A DNA stretch of 32,507 nt from Prasinococcaceae sp. CCMP 1430 (GCA_013416795.1 RQSC01001200.1:1-32507), one strand, 5' to 3'. Numbered from the stretch's first letter, positions 10,001 through 20,369 are shown. A program made the numbers and translations. The notes: generated from the sequence alone by a model not told the origin.

Positions 10001-10035
10001 GCGAGCGAGCGAGCGAGCGAGCGAGCGAGCGAGCG
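10001..10035 (+). repeat. (GCGA)8 microsatellite in divergent intergenic region
   Basis: Direct reading; a similar (GAGC)n tract lies at about 13911-13938. Confidence 0.9.
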
Positions 10036-10112
10036 CGGCAGGGAGCGGCGCGGAGCGGGAGGACTGAACGACGCAGCCGCGTGGCGTCGCGGCCCTCCCG
10101 CGTCCTCGTGCG

Positions 10113-10418
10113 ATGGCCGCGGCCGACGCGGCGCGTAGGCAGGCGCACGCCATGCTCAAAGCGGCGACCGTCGCGCTCGGCGTCGCCGCCGCGTACACGG
10201 CCATTCACGTCGGCGCCGTGGACGTCTCGCGCGTGCAGGAGGCCGTGGACGGCCTGTTTGGCGATGCGCCCAGCAACCGAGCCGATGGCAGCCCGGGCCG
10301 CGCGCAGAGCGATGGGCCGACGGCCGCGGCCGCGCTCGACGCGGCCGCGCGCCAGTCGTCGGGCGTGCAGTGGGGGATGGACACGCGCGCTGAAGACCGC
10401 AAGCGCGTGAGCAGGTAG
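10113..10418 (+). CDS. Small hypothetical protein with one hydrophobic segment; may be spliced at 10407 or 10415 to an acceptor at 10466
   Basis: ATG 10113; hydrophobic ATVALGVAAAYTAIHVGAV; GTGAGC donor and CTGAC..CCAG acceptor nearby; TGTAA at 10502-10506. Confidence 0.45.
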   Translation: MAAADAARRQAHAMLKAATVALGVAAAYTAIHVGAVDVSRVQEAVDGLFGDAPSNRADGSPGRAQSDGPTAAAALDAAARQSSGVQWGMDTRAEDRKRVSR

Positions 10419-10697
10419 CATGCCCGCCCCCCCTCCAACCCTCTGACGCGCTCGCCGGCCCGCCAGGTCGGACGGAGGGCGTTGAGGGGGGCGCAGGCGA
10501 GTGTAACATAATTTCGCGCGCGTCCACGTTCCGGCCATGGCAGTGTGTATGGTGGACCAGTCGCGTGGCCTCCGCCTCTGCCGTTGCCACCGCGCCGCCA
10601 ACCTCGGTGCCGCGCCGAAGCAGCTCGCGCTTCACCTGCGCTACGTCAGGCGACGCACAGGCGCTCACCACTTGCGTCAAGTTTGTTTTCTTATAAA

Positions 10698-10702
10698 TTA
10701 CA
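10698..10702 (-). terminator. TGTAA polyadenylation signal for DXS
   Basis: TTACA on + about 53 nt past the DXS stop, in an AT-rich patch. Confidence 0.55.
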
Positions 10703-10754
10703 CGTCGCCACCGCGGAGGCAGGCGGCCGGCGGGATCGCACGGGCGGCCAGAGC

Positions 10755-12960
10755 TTACGCCGATCCGCTGGGGGTCGGCAGCACGATGCCCTCCTTGCCG
10801 CACGCCTTCATCGCGGTGGCGGCGATGTCCATCCCCGTGAGACCCGCCCAGGCGGCCTGGTCGGCGGGCGTGCCGTGGTCGATGTACGTGTCGGGGAGCA
10901 CGACGTTGCGCACGGGGTAGCCCAGGTCGAGCATGCCCGCGTTGGTCATGTAGTGAAGCACCGTGGAGCCGAAGCCGCCGACGGAGCCCTCCTCGACGGT
11001 GATGATCGCGCGGTGGTTCTTGAAGAGCTCGCGCACGAGCTCGGTGTCCAGCGGCTTGCAGAAGCGCGCGTCCGCGACCGTCGCGGACAGGCCGTGCTCG
11101 GTGAGCAGGTCGGCGGCCTTGAGCGCCGTCTGCGCGATGGTGCCGTAGCACAGGAACGCCACGTCGGTACCCTCGCGAAGGATTCGCCCCTTGCCGATCT
11201 CCATGGGGGTGCCCTTGTTGCCCGCGGGCAACTCGACGCCCACGCCGTTGCCGCGCGGGTAGCGGAAAGCGCTGGGCATGTCGTCGATGGCGTTGGCGGT
11301 GGCGATGCAGTGCATGAGCTCCGCCTCGTCCGACGGAGCCATCAGCACGATGCCCGGGACGCACGCGAGGTACGACACGTCGTACGCACCCGCGTGCGTC
11401 GCGCCGTCAGCGCCCACGAGGCCAGCGCGGTCCATCGCAAAGCGCACGGGCAGCTTCTGCAGCGCGCAGTCGTGGATGATCTGGTCGTACGCGCGCTGCA
11501 GGAAGGACGAGTAGATGGCGCAGAAGGGGTTGAGGCCCTCGGCGGCCATGCCCGCGGCGAAGGTCACCGCGTGCTGCTCAGCGATGCCCACGTCGAACGT
11601 GCGGTCGGGGAAGCGCTTCTGGAAGAGGTTGAGCCCCGTGCCGCCGCCCATGGCCGCGTGGATGGCCACGATGCGCTCGTCGGCGGCGGCCTCGGCGATG
11701 AGGCCCTCGGCGAAGTAGGTGGTGTACGCCTTGGTGGCGGCCTCCTTCTTGTTCTGCTTGCCCGTCTCGACGTCGAAGGGCACCACGCCGTGCATGCGGT
11801 CGGCCGCCGCGACGGCCGGCGAGTAGCCGCGCCCCTTCTCGCTCATCACGTGCAGCAGCACCGGGCCCACCGCCTCGGTGTTCTTGATCTCCGTGAGGAT
11901 GTCGACGAGGTCCTGCATGGAGTGGCCGTCGATGGGGCCGATGTAGTACATGCCGAGCTCCTCGAACATCGTGGCGCGCTCGCCCGTGGTGAGCAGGCCG
12001 CGCGCGTACTCGTCCACCTTCGCGGTCAGCTCGGCCACCTCGGGGCCCATCTGCTTGGTGACGCCCTTGGCGATCTCGCGGATCTCGCGCAGCGACTTGT
12101 TGGACTGCAGGCGCGTGAGCATGCCCGAGAGCGCGCCCACCGGCTGCGCGTTCGTCAGGCGGCCCGTGGTGGGATCCAGGTTGGCGGTCGGCAGCGACAC
12201 CTGCTTGTTGTCGTTCAGGATGACGATCATGTTCTTGTCGAGGAAGCCCGCGTTGTTGAGCGCCTCGTAGGCCATGCCGCCGGTCATGGCACCGTCGCCG
12301 ATGACGGCGATGGAGGTCTTGTCGTCGCCCTTCATGTCGCTCGCTGCGGCCATGCCCAGCGCGGCCGAGATGGACGTCGACGAGTGGCCCGCGCCGAAGG
12401 GGTCGTACTCGGACTCGCTGCGCTTGGTGAAGCCGCTCAGGCCGCCCGTCTGGCGGATGGTGTGCATGCGGTCGCGGCGGCCCGTGAGGATCTTGTGCGG
12501 GTACGCCTGGTGGCCGACGTCGAAGACGATGTTGTCCTTGGGGCAGTCAAAGACGTAGTGCAGCGCGACGGTGAGCTCGACGACGCCGAGCGACGAGCTC
12601 AGGTGTCCGCCGGTCTTCGACACGGTGTAGATGACGTCGCGGCGGATCTCCTCCGCGAGCTGCTCGAGCTGCTTGATGCTGAGGTTCTTCATGTGCACCG
12701 GGAAGTTCACGGTGTCGAGGATGGGCGTCGGCGGCTTGGCGCCCGCCGGGAATCCGGACGGCGGCGTCACGCCGGGCTCGGCGCCCTCGCTGGACACGAA
12801 GCCGGGGCTGGGCAGCTGGGGTCCACGGGGGCGGGTCAAGGGCAGCGGAGCTCAGCACCGCAGCAGCGCGGCTTCTGGTTCGGAGGGCTGCCGATGGAGT
12901 CGAGTGACAGCGACGCGACACCCTGGCCATCGTCGCTGCCTGGTACATCGCCCGGAGCAT
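10755..12960 (-). CDS. DXS: 1-deoxy-D-xylulose-5-phosphate synthase (MEP pathway). The frame is continuous from the stop at 10755 to at least 12815; the 5' end (candidate ATG 12960) is uncertain
   Basis: [52 protein letters not shown] (ThDP-binding), GIAEQHAV and [13 protein letters not shown]. An in-frame TGA lies just upstream of the TTG at 12839. Confidence 0.95.
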
Positions 12961-13297
12961 TCACACCGTCGCCTCCGCGTGCACCGTCGCCGTTGAAGGC
13001 GGGCTCGCCGCGCCCTGGCACGGGCCGCTCGCGCATGTATCACCACACGCGCGCCGTAAGCGCTGGCGGCACTGGGCTGGGCTCGGGGGCCGACCCGTCG
13101 CGAACGCGACGAGGCGTGGCTGCGATGCGCACGGCGGCGCGAGCGGGGCGTGTGGATGTGTTGGCGGCCGTCCTCGCGGAGGATCGCTCACTCGCGATTG
13201 CCGCCAACGAGGCGAATGCAGTCGCCACGCCGCTCTTCGAGGCGGTCGCCGCTGGTGAGCGGGCGGCTGTGGCGCTGCTGCTCAGCCAGGGTGCGGA
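12894..13297 (+). CDS. Ankyrin-repeat protein, 5' fragment ending at N 13298
   Basis: AMRTAARAGRVDVLAAVL and ATPLFEAVAAGERAAVALLLSQGA fit the ankyrin consensus TPLHxAxxxGxxxxVxxLLxxGA. In-frame ATGs at 12894 and 13035. Confidence 0.65.
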
Positions 13298-14049
13298 NTC
13301 GTCGCCATCGAAACGCATGCGCGCGCGCCCGCCGCGCGCGCGAAGTGTGAAGCGCGCTGGTTTGGGGGGTGGGGGGCGGGGGGGGGGGCAGAAGCGCCGG
13401 CCGCCGCGGCCGCCGCCGAAACCCAAACGCAAACGCGCCGCGCCTCTGCTCGAAGGAAAGGCGATTGAGAACCCTCCATCAGAGGGAGACCCGAAAGGTG
13501 GTCGCGTGTGGCCGCCGTCGGCCGGCGCGCAGGTCGGCAGCGCAGCGCACGCAAAGAAAGCAGCGCCTCCAACCGAAGCGCGCCCGCCGGCCGCGCGCCG
13601 CCAAAAGTGGATGCGGGGCCCAGTCGCAGCCGCCTGCTCCACGCGGCCCCCCGCCCCTTGCTTGTGCCACCCTCGAAACAACCCCCGCCACACCCCTCTT
13701 TTTTTTTTTTGGCCTTTTTCCCCCCTTTTTGCTTTCCCGTAGGCTGGTTTGGTTTTTCGCGCGCCGCCTCCGGATAAAGCCAGATCTGCGAATCTGCGCG
13801 ATCTCCGCCCGAGCGGATCGATCGCGTTTCGGGTGCGTTTTGACCTCTCGCGCGCGGCGCGGGCGGGGGGCGATCGCGCGCGCCCGCCCGTTTGCCGGTC
13901 GCCAGTGCGCGAGCGAGCCGAGCGAGCGAGCGAGCGAGAGGCGCCGCGCCGCGAGCGAGGCGCCGCGCGCTCGGCCTGGCCTGCACCTGTGCCATCGATG
14001 ACACCAGTCTGTACGTGGCGCGGCGTCTTTTTTCAAACCCTACCACTCA

Positions 14050-14149
14050 TGTACCATCATGATGGTACGGAATTTCTGAATACCTCAATTAACGACCGTT
14101 GCACCATCGCTGGTACCATGGCTACCACATGATGGTACACTACCAGTAC
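14050..14149. repeat. GTAC-rich palindromic element, copy 2, with about 17-bp terminal inverted repeats (MITE-like)
   Basis: Same 18-bp palindrome at 14051-14068. 14050-14067 and 14123-14139 are reverse complements apart from one indel. 5 GTAC cores in 100 bp. Confidence 0.8.
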
Positions 14150-14361
14150 GAGTCCCTGTTCAAATTGGCGAGCGCGCGCGCGCCGAACCGCAACCGCCTC
14201 GACGCCGCGCCGCGGACGCGGCCAGCCAGGGCGCAGCGGACTCGCTCGCTGCTCGCGCGCGCCGCGCTCTCTGCGCGCCGCGCCGTGCTGGCTCAGTTGT
14301 ATCGTACGGTGAATTGAATTCGCGACCGTCGCACCGGTCCTGGCACGCGCGAGCTGGCGGG

Positions 14362-16923
14362 CTAGGCAGCCGCGGGCGCCGCCGACGGCGGACGCTGGCC
14401 GCCGCCGGCAGCTCGCACCTTGGGCGACGCTGCGGCCTTGACGGTGTCGCTGATGCCGCGCGTGGCCACCAGGAAGGCGGCGCGCAACATGACGGTGAGC
14501 CCCACCCACGAGAGCCGCACGAGCGCCAGGAGGCCCGCGGGTCCGCCGCGCACCATCCGACGCAGCTTGTCACCCAGGATCGTGCGCATCACCCTCCGCG
14601 AGTTGGCCTCGGAGCGCTGCTTCATGCGCGCGGCCGCTGGCGACACGGGCCACGACTCGCGGCCGCGCTTCACCGCCTTGTCCGCGGCCTCTTCCGTCGC
14701 CGCTTCGGCCGCGCCGTCGCCCGCACCGGCCGCCGCCTTGGCGGCGGAGACGCGCTTTGGGAACTGCTCCGCCATCACCTCGGCAAGCATGTGCACGGCC
14801 TTCCTGCGCGCGACGGACGCCTCCTTGCCTGAGATCCACTCGGAAAATTCGACTGGGCAGGCGTCGTAGGCCACCTTGCGCAGAGCGGCCCCCCTGCGCT
14901 CACCGACGAGGCCCTTCATCGTGTCGATGCCTCGCTGCTGCGCCACGGCGTCGCCGCCGCTCGCACCGCCGGCCGCGGCGGCCGCCTCGCCGCCGCCCTC
15001 CGCACCCTCGGCCGCCTCGCCGGCCGCGTCCTCTGACTCGGCGCCGAGCGCCTCGAGGATGCGCTCGGTGCGCAGACGGTACTTGAACTCGCCCTCGACG
15101 TCGCTCGCGCGCGCCTCGAGGAAGGCGTTCCGTAGCGCCTCCTCTCCGGCGGGCGTAGACGGCGCGAACGCGCGCTTGACAGCGAAGGGCAGCGACGCCT
15201 CGTAGATATTAAAGTCCGGATCGGCCTTGCCGGCGATGCCCTGCACATGGGTGAGCGCGCACCAAGGCGAGGGGGGAGAAGCGCGCGACGCGACGCGACG
15301 CGACGCGAAAAGGGGTGGGGTGGGGTGGGTGGGGGTCAGCACCTGCGACGCGGGGGTGAAGGACGCGGTGGCAGGACGCGCGCGCGCGGGAGGACAGGTG
15401 GTGAGGGGCATGCGCGCGCATCCAGGCGAGGCGCGCGCGCTCACCTCGAGCGTCAAAAACGTGCGGCACAGCAGCACAATGTACGGCGGAGTGAAGAACT
15501 TGTAGCTTCCACTCAGGCCGCCCAGCACCGTCGCAAGCGCGCCGAAGCGGCTGGTGCCGCCCTCGACGGATTCCAGCCGGGCCCCGATGGCGGCGGCGAC
15601 CTCCTCTGCCGAGCACTCGATGGGCTCGTTGTTCTCATACCTGTAGAACTTGTCGGGGGGCGCGAAGCCCACGTCGCGGAAGACGTACGTCAGCCCGACC
15701 CAGTCGCTCGCAAGCACGTGCTGGATGCCCTTGGCGAAGCCCTCCATGATTGCGGGCTCGACGCGGCTCATCAGGCCGAAGTCGAGGAAGGCCAGGCGGC
15801 CGTCGCGCAGCAGCATCAGGTTGCCCTCGTGCGGGTCCGCGTGCACGAACCCCGTGTACACCAGCTGCGCCACGCACGCCTCCACCGCCATCTGCGCGAG
15901 CTGCAGCTTGCGCTCGGGCTCGACGATCTCCCCGAGCATCTGGCCGTCCATCCACTCCATGGTGAGGACGCGCGCCCGGCCGCGCGGGCCCGAGTACTCC
16001 TCGAACCAGTGCGGCGCGGTCACGAAGCCGAGGAACTCGTGGCGCTCGCGGAACTCGTCCGCGTTGGCCGCCTCGATGTGGTAGTCCAGCTCCTGCCACA
16101 CGCCGACGGCCACCTCGTCGGCGATGACGCTCAGGTCGGCCTCCGAGTTCCACACCCTGCGCAGCACGTCCAGGCCCGCCGCCCAGCACGTCCAGTCCAG
16201 CGCCACCTGCTTGATGACGTTCGGCCGCTGCACCTTGACGGCGACCTCCTGGCCGCTGTGCAGGCGGCCGCGGTACACCTGGCCCAGCGACGCCGACGCG
16301 ATGCGCGTGGTGCCCAGCTCGGCGAACAGCGTCGGCGCCCCGGCCTCGGCCTCGGCGGCCATGTACGGGTGGCCCGGCGCGAGCGGCCCGTCCCAGCTGA
16401 GGTCCTCCGCGATGGTGCGCCACGCGAGCTCGTCCTCGAAGGGCTTGTTCTGTTCCTGCAGCTTCTTCAGCGCGTTCGCGGCGTCGTCGCCGATGAGGTC
16501 GGCTCGCTGCGACAGCGTCTGGCCAATCTTGGTGAAGACTGGCCCGAGCTCGCTCAGCGCCTCGCGCAGGGCGACCTCGCGCGTGCGCTCCTCCGCCGGC
16601 ACGCCGTCCTCCGACACCCACAGCCTCCCCACGGCGGTGAGCTTGGCCATGATGACCGCGAGCCGCGCCGCCACCAGCGCCGGCCGCGTCCCCTTCTGGA
16701 AGAAGGCGAGCATCTTGGGGCGGCTGAACTCGCCGCGCAGCTCGTCGTACTCGTCGCCCTTGTAGGAGGACGCGCGCGGCGCGGCCGCCTCGGAGGGCCT
16801 GGCGAGCACCTGCTCGAGCTTGGCGCGCTGCGCCTCGAGGTCGAACCCGTTCACCTCGCCCGCGCCCGCCACCCGCGGCTCCTCCGCCGCGCAGCGCGCG
16901 ACGCGTCGCCGCGTCGGCCTCGT
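14362..16923 (-). CDS. ABC1/UbiB atypical kinase (ABC1K family), complement(join(14362..15240,15445..>16923)); 5' end in N-gap
   Basis: GPVFTKIGQTLSQRADL, IASASLGQVY, VAVKVQRP, QELDY, HADPHEGN, FLDFGLM and PPYIVLLCRTFLTLE|GIAGKADPDFNIYE. The 204-nt intron is GTGAGC..GTGCAG. Confidence 0.9.
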   Translation of the reverse strand, partial: TRPTRRRVARCAAEEPRVAGAGEVNGFDLEAQRAKLEQVLARPSEAAAPRASSYKGDEYDELRGEFSRPKMLAFFQKGTRPALVAARLAVIMAKLTAVGRLWVSEDGVPAEERTREVALREALSELGPVFTKIGQTLSQRADLIGDDAANALKKLQEQNKPFEDELAWRTIAEDLSWDGPLAPGHPYMAAEAEAGAPTLFAELGTTRIASASLGQVYRGRLHSGQEVAVKVQRPNVIKQVALDWTCWAAGLDVLRRVWNSEADLSVIADEVAVGVWQELDYHIEAANADEFRERHEFLGFVTAPHWFEEYSGPRGRARVLTMEWMDGQMLGEIVEPERKLQLAQMAVEACVAQLVYTGFVHADPHEGNLMLLRDGRLAFLDFGLMSRVEPAIMEGFAKGIQHVLASDWVGLTYVFRDVGFAPPDKFYRYENNEPIECSAEEVAAAIGARLESVEGGTSRFGALATVLGGLSGSYKFFTPPYIVLLCRTFLTLEVSARASPGCARMPLTTCPPARARPATASFTPASQVLTPTHPTPPLFASRRVASRASPPSPWCALTHVQGIAGKADPDFNIYEASLPFAVKRAFAPSTPAGEEALRNAFLEARASDVEGEFKYRLRTERILEALGAESEDAAGEAAEGAEGGGEAAAAAGGASGGDAVAQQRGIDTMKGLVGERRGAALRKVAYDACPVEFSEWISGKEASVARRKAVHMLAEVMAEQFPKRVSAAKAAAGAGDGAAEAATEEAADKAVKRGRESWPVSPAAARMKQRSEANSRRVMRTILGDKLRRMVRGGPAGLLALVRLSWVGLTVMLRAAFLVATRGISDTVKAAASPKVRAAGGGQRPPSAAPAAA
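15312..15335 (+). other. Potential G-quadruplex (GGGGT)n in ABC1K intron
   Basis: GGGG T GGGG T GGGG T GGG T GGGGG read directly. Confidence 0.5.
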
Positions 16924-16972
16924 NNNNNNNNNNNNNNNNNNNNNNNNNNNNNNNNNNNNNNNNNNNNNNNNN
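16924..16972. other. Assembly gap (49 N). Other N-runs: 18086-18318 and 22905-23063; single Ns at 3568, 13298, 20324, 21111
   Basis: N characters in the sequence; genes are truncated at each. Confidence 1.
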
Positions 16973-17891
16973 CGCCCGCGCGCGCGCACGCCTCCCACCT
17001 CACAGCCCTGCCGACCGAGCCCGGGCCGCCCGCCGTCCGCGCGCGTTTGAGGTTGATCCTCCCCAGGGTCCTGCATTCGCGCGCGCCGCGGGGCGCCGCG
17101 CAGTGCTTTTTCCCCTTTTCCATGCCCCAGCGCGCCCCTGCGGCGCCCCCCCCCCCCCCCCCCCCCCGGTTTGGGTTTCGGGGCGGTCGCGCGCGCGCCG
17201 TTGGCCGTCCGTTGGCCGTCCGTTGAAACGCGTGGCGGCGCGCCGGCGCGCCGCGCAGCGCAGCGCGCGCGCAGCGCGCGCGTGCTCCCGTCCGTGCTGA
17301 TGTCGATTGATGGCACACGGACGAACGGGAGCGCGCGTTCGGAGTGCGCCCTCGCGGCGCCCCAGAATTCATCCGAAATTGCGCCGAGTACGCCCGCGCG
17401 GAGCACGGGCGGGCGGGCAGAGGCCCAACAGCGCCTCTCACCGAACAAGCGCCGCGCCGTCGGTTGGTGGGATGGTTGGTGCGATGGTTGGCGTGTTGGC
17501 ACTTCTCCGAGGGTTCGTCGGCGCCACGCGCCAGGACCCACGCGCCCACGCCCCGCCCCGCGGCGGCACCCGTGCGTGACGTGGCGCTCGGCCGCGCGCG
17601 GACGCGATCTCGCGAGGATTCGCACGAATGACGCACCAAATACGGAACCTCGGAATCCATGTCCCGGTCGAATCGAGTGCGGGGGCGAACCGCGACGCCG
17701 GGTGGAGGGGGGCGGGCGCCGGCGCGGTGGGCGGATACAGTCTCCCGTGGCTGAATACAAGATCTTACACGCATGCATGATCACGGTGCGTTCCTCTTCG
17801 GACGCGCTTTCTCTACTGTAGCTTCAATCAACCGGCCGTCTCGGCGCGGTGGAGGACAAATACATCAGACAGACAGCACACCTCGATCGAC

Positions 17892-20323
17892 ATGCGGGGC
17901 GCCCCCGCGGCGGGGGTTGGTTGGATGTGTCGCGGGGTTCGGCGGCGGGCGGGCGCCCGGCTGACACGCGGCCTGGCGAGCAGGGAAAACATTGGAATGC
18001 GGGGCGGCGCCGGCCGGTGCCGGGTGCGCCGCGAGCGGGAGCGCGGGGCGACGCGCGGCGATGCGATGCGATGCGGTGTGCGCGGNNNNNNNNNNNNNNN
18101 NNNNNNNNNNNNNNNNNNNNNNNNNNNNNNNNNNNNNNNNNNNNNNNNNNNNNNNNNNNNNNNNNNNNNNNNNNNNNNNNNNNNNNNNNNNNNNNNNNNN
18201 NNNNNNNNNNNNNNNNNNNNNNNNNNNNNNNNNNNNNNNNNNNNNNNNNNNNNNNNNNNNNNNNNNNNNNNNNNNNNNNNNNNNNNNNNNNNNNNNNNNN
18301 NNNNNNNNNNNNNNNNNNCGTGCGCCCGCGCGAGCGCGCGACCTGGAAGAAGGCGCGGAAAGGCCCGCGCGGCACGCTCAGCGGGCGCACGCGCCGCAGG
18401 GGGGGCGGCGCGGGCGACGCGCGCGGCACGCTCAACGCGTCCGTGCAGGAGGCGGCGTCGCCCAGCGCGGCGACGCGGCTGGTGGAGGAGTACCGAGCGC
18501 GCGGCGTGGCGCCCGACGAGACGACCTACCGCATGCTGTTCTCCGTGTGCCGCCGAGCGCGCGACGGCGAGCGGGCGCGGCAGCTGTGGGCGCAGATGTG
18601 CGAGGAGCGCATCCAGCCGTCCGTCGGAACCGCCAACGCGCTGCTCGCCTGCCTGGTGGCGGCCGAGATGTACGACGAGGCGGAGGAGCTGGCGGGGCCG
18701 TCGATGCTGTCGATGGGCATGGTGCCCGACAGCGTGACGTACGCCTGCCTGGTGAGCGCGCACCGAGCGCGCGCCCAGGCCGCGGCGAGGCGCGCCCAGG
18801 CCGCGCGCGCGCCGGGCCAGGCGGCGTACAAGCGCCGCATGACCGCCGCGCGCAAGAAGGGCCCCGAGGCGGTCGACAAGACGCGCGCCGCCATCGCCGC
18901 GGCGCGCGCGGAGCGCGACGAGGCCCTCGACGAGGCGGCGTCGCACGTGCGCGCCCTGCGCGTCGTCATGGACGAGATGGCCGCCGCCGACGTCCCGTGG
19001 GACGGCTTCGTGAACGCCGCGCTCATCTCCGCGGCGTTCGCCGCAAACCTTCCAGACGAGGCGGTCGCGCGATGGGAGGAGCTGCGCGCGGCGGGGGAGC
19101 GGATAGACGCCCCCGCGTACAACGTGCTCATCGCCGGCATGGGCCAGCGCGGCATGACCATGGAGGCCATCGAAGTGTACGAGCACATGACCGCCTCCGG
19201 CGTCAAGGAGTCCACGGTGACGTACAACGCGCTGCTCTCGGCGCTGGAGCGCGCGGGCCCGCGGTTCGCGCCCGCCGCGCTGTCGATCTGGGACGAGCAC
19301 GTGCGCGAGGCGCGCTCCGAGCTGGCCATGCCCGACGGGGTCACGTACGGCACCATGCTCTCCATCGCCGCCTCGGTGGGCGACGCCGAGCGATGCTGGG
19401 AGGTCGTCCGCGCGGCCGAAGAGGCGGGGCTGTGGCCCAAGCCCACCAAAAAGCTGCGCTCGGCGCTGGCCGCCGCGCTGCTGGCGGTGGCGGGCTCGAA
19501 GACGCGCGGCGCGTGGCGGCGCGCGCAGCGCGTGGATGCGGTGTGCGCGAAGCTCGGCGCCGCGCGCGACGCCACCACGCTGCTCGCGCTGCTGAAGGCG
19601 GCGGAGTACGAGCGCGCCGCCGCGGGCGCCCTCGAGCTGGTGCGCGCCTACGTCGCCGAGTGCGGTGCGCAGGCGGTGCCGCTCGAGTGCCTGGACAAGC
19701 TCGCGGCGGTCGCGTGGCGAGCGGGCGACTGGGCGGTCGGCGACGCCGCCATCGAGCAGGCGCAGGCGCTGGGCCTGAGCGCCACCACCGCCATCTACTG
19801 CCCCACGCTCGAGGCCTGCCTCGGCGGCAGGAGCGGCAAGTCGGTGGAGATGGGCGGCGCCGCACCGGGGGACGCGGTGATCGGCCCCGCGGCGCCTGAG
19901 GCCCTGCTGGTGGCCACGGCCCTGCAGCGCGAGGCCTCGTCGCTCGGGGTGCTGCCGCCGCACCTGCAGCAGCAGCAGCAGCAGGAGGAGGACGGCGCCG
20001 ACGACGGCGGGGAGGGCGGTGGCGGCGCGGGCGCGTCGGGAGGGCAGGCGCTCGTGTGCGACACGCGCAGGCACACGCCGGCGTCGGCGCCGGCGGCGGT
20101 GCTGGCCGCGCTCGAGGACGTGCGCGCGGACCCGCCGGAGCCCATGGCTGACCTGCGCATCGTCTACAGGGACGAGGGCGCGGAGGGAGGCGGCGCGGCG
20201 GACGAGCAGCGCGCCGCGCGCCTGCAGAAGACGCTCGACCGCGTGCTGGGTTCCGACCTGGGCGCGTCTGCGGCGCGCGGCGCGGGCGCCGTGGTCGTCC
20301 CGGCGGCGGCGCTGCGCGAGTGG
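17892..20323 (+). CDS. Pentatricopeptide repeat protein with a degenerate SMR-like C-terminus; visible core 18320..20323, both ends affected by gaps
   Basis: PPR-like motifs GVAPDETTYRMLFSVC, IQPSVGTANALLAC, GMVPDSVTYACLVSA, AYNVLIAGMGQRG, STVTYNALLSAL and PDGVTYGTMLSIAA. The candidate exon 1 (17892..18023, MRGAPAAG...RGLASR) is inferred. Confidence 0.85.
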
Positions 20324-20369
20324 NCGATTGGCGACATTCTCGGCGGTCGCCAACACCTGCCGCGCGCAC

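Noticed and set aside
13299-14046. Lys-rich ORFs across the T-tract region (13282-14046, 13479-14036, 13369-14001)
   Set aside because: They derive from homopolymer and (GAGC)n tracts in promoter-like DNA and have no domain signature.
19967-19984. (CAG)6 polyglutamine in the PPR linker
   Set aside because: A short, ordinary low-complexity linker.
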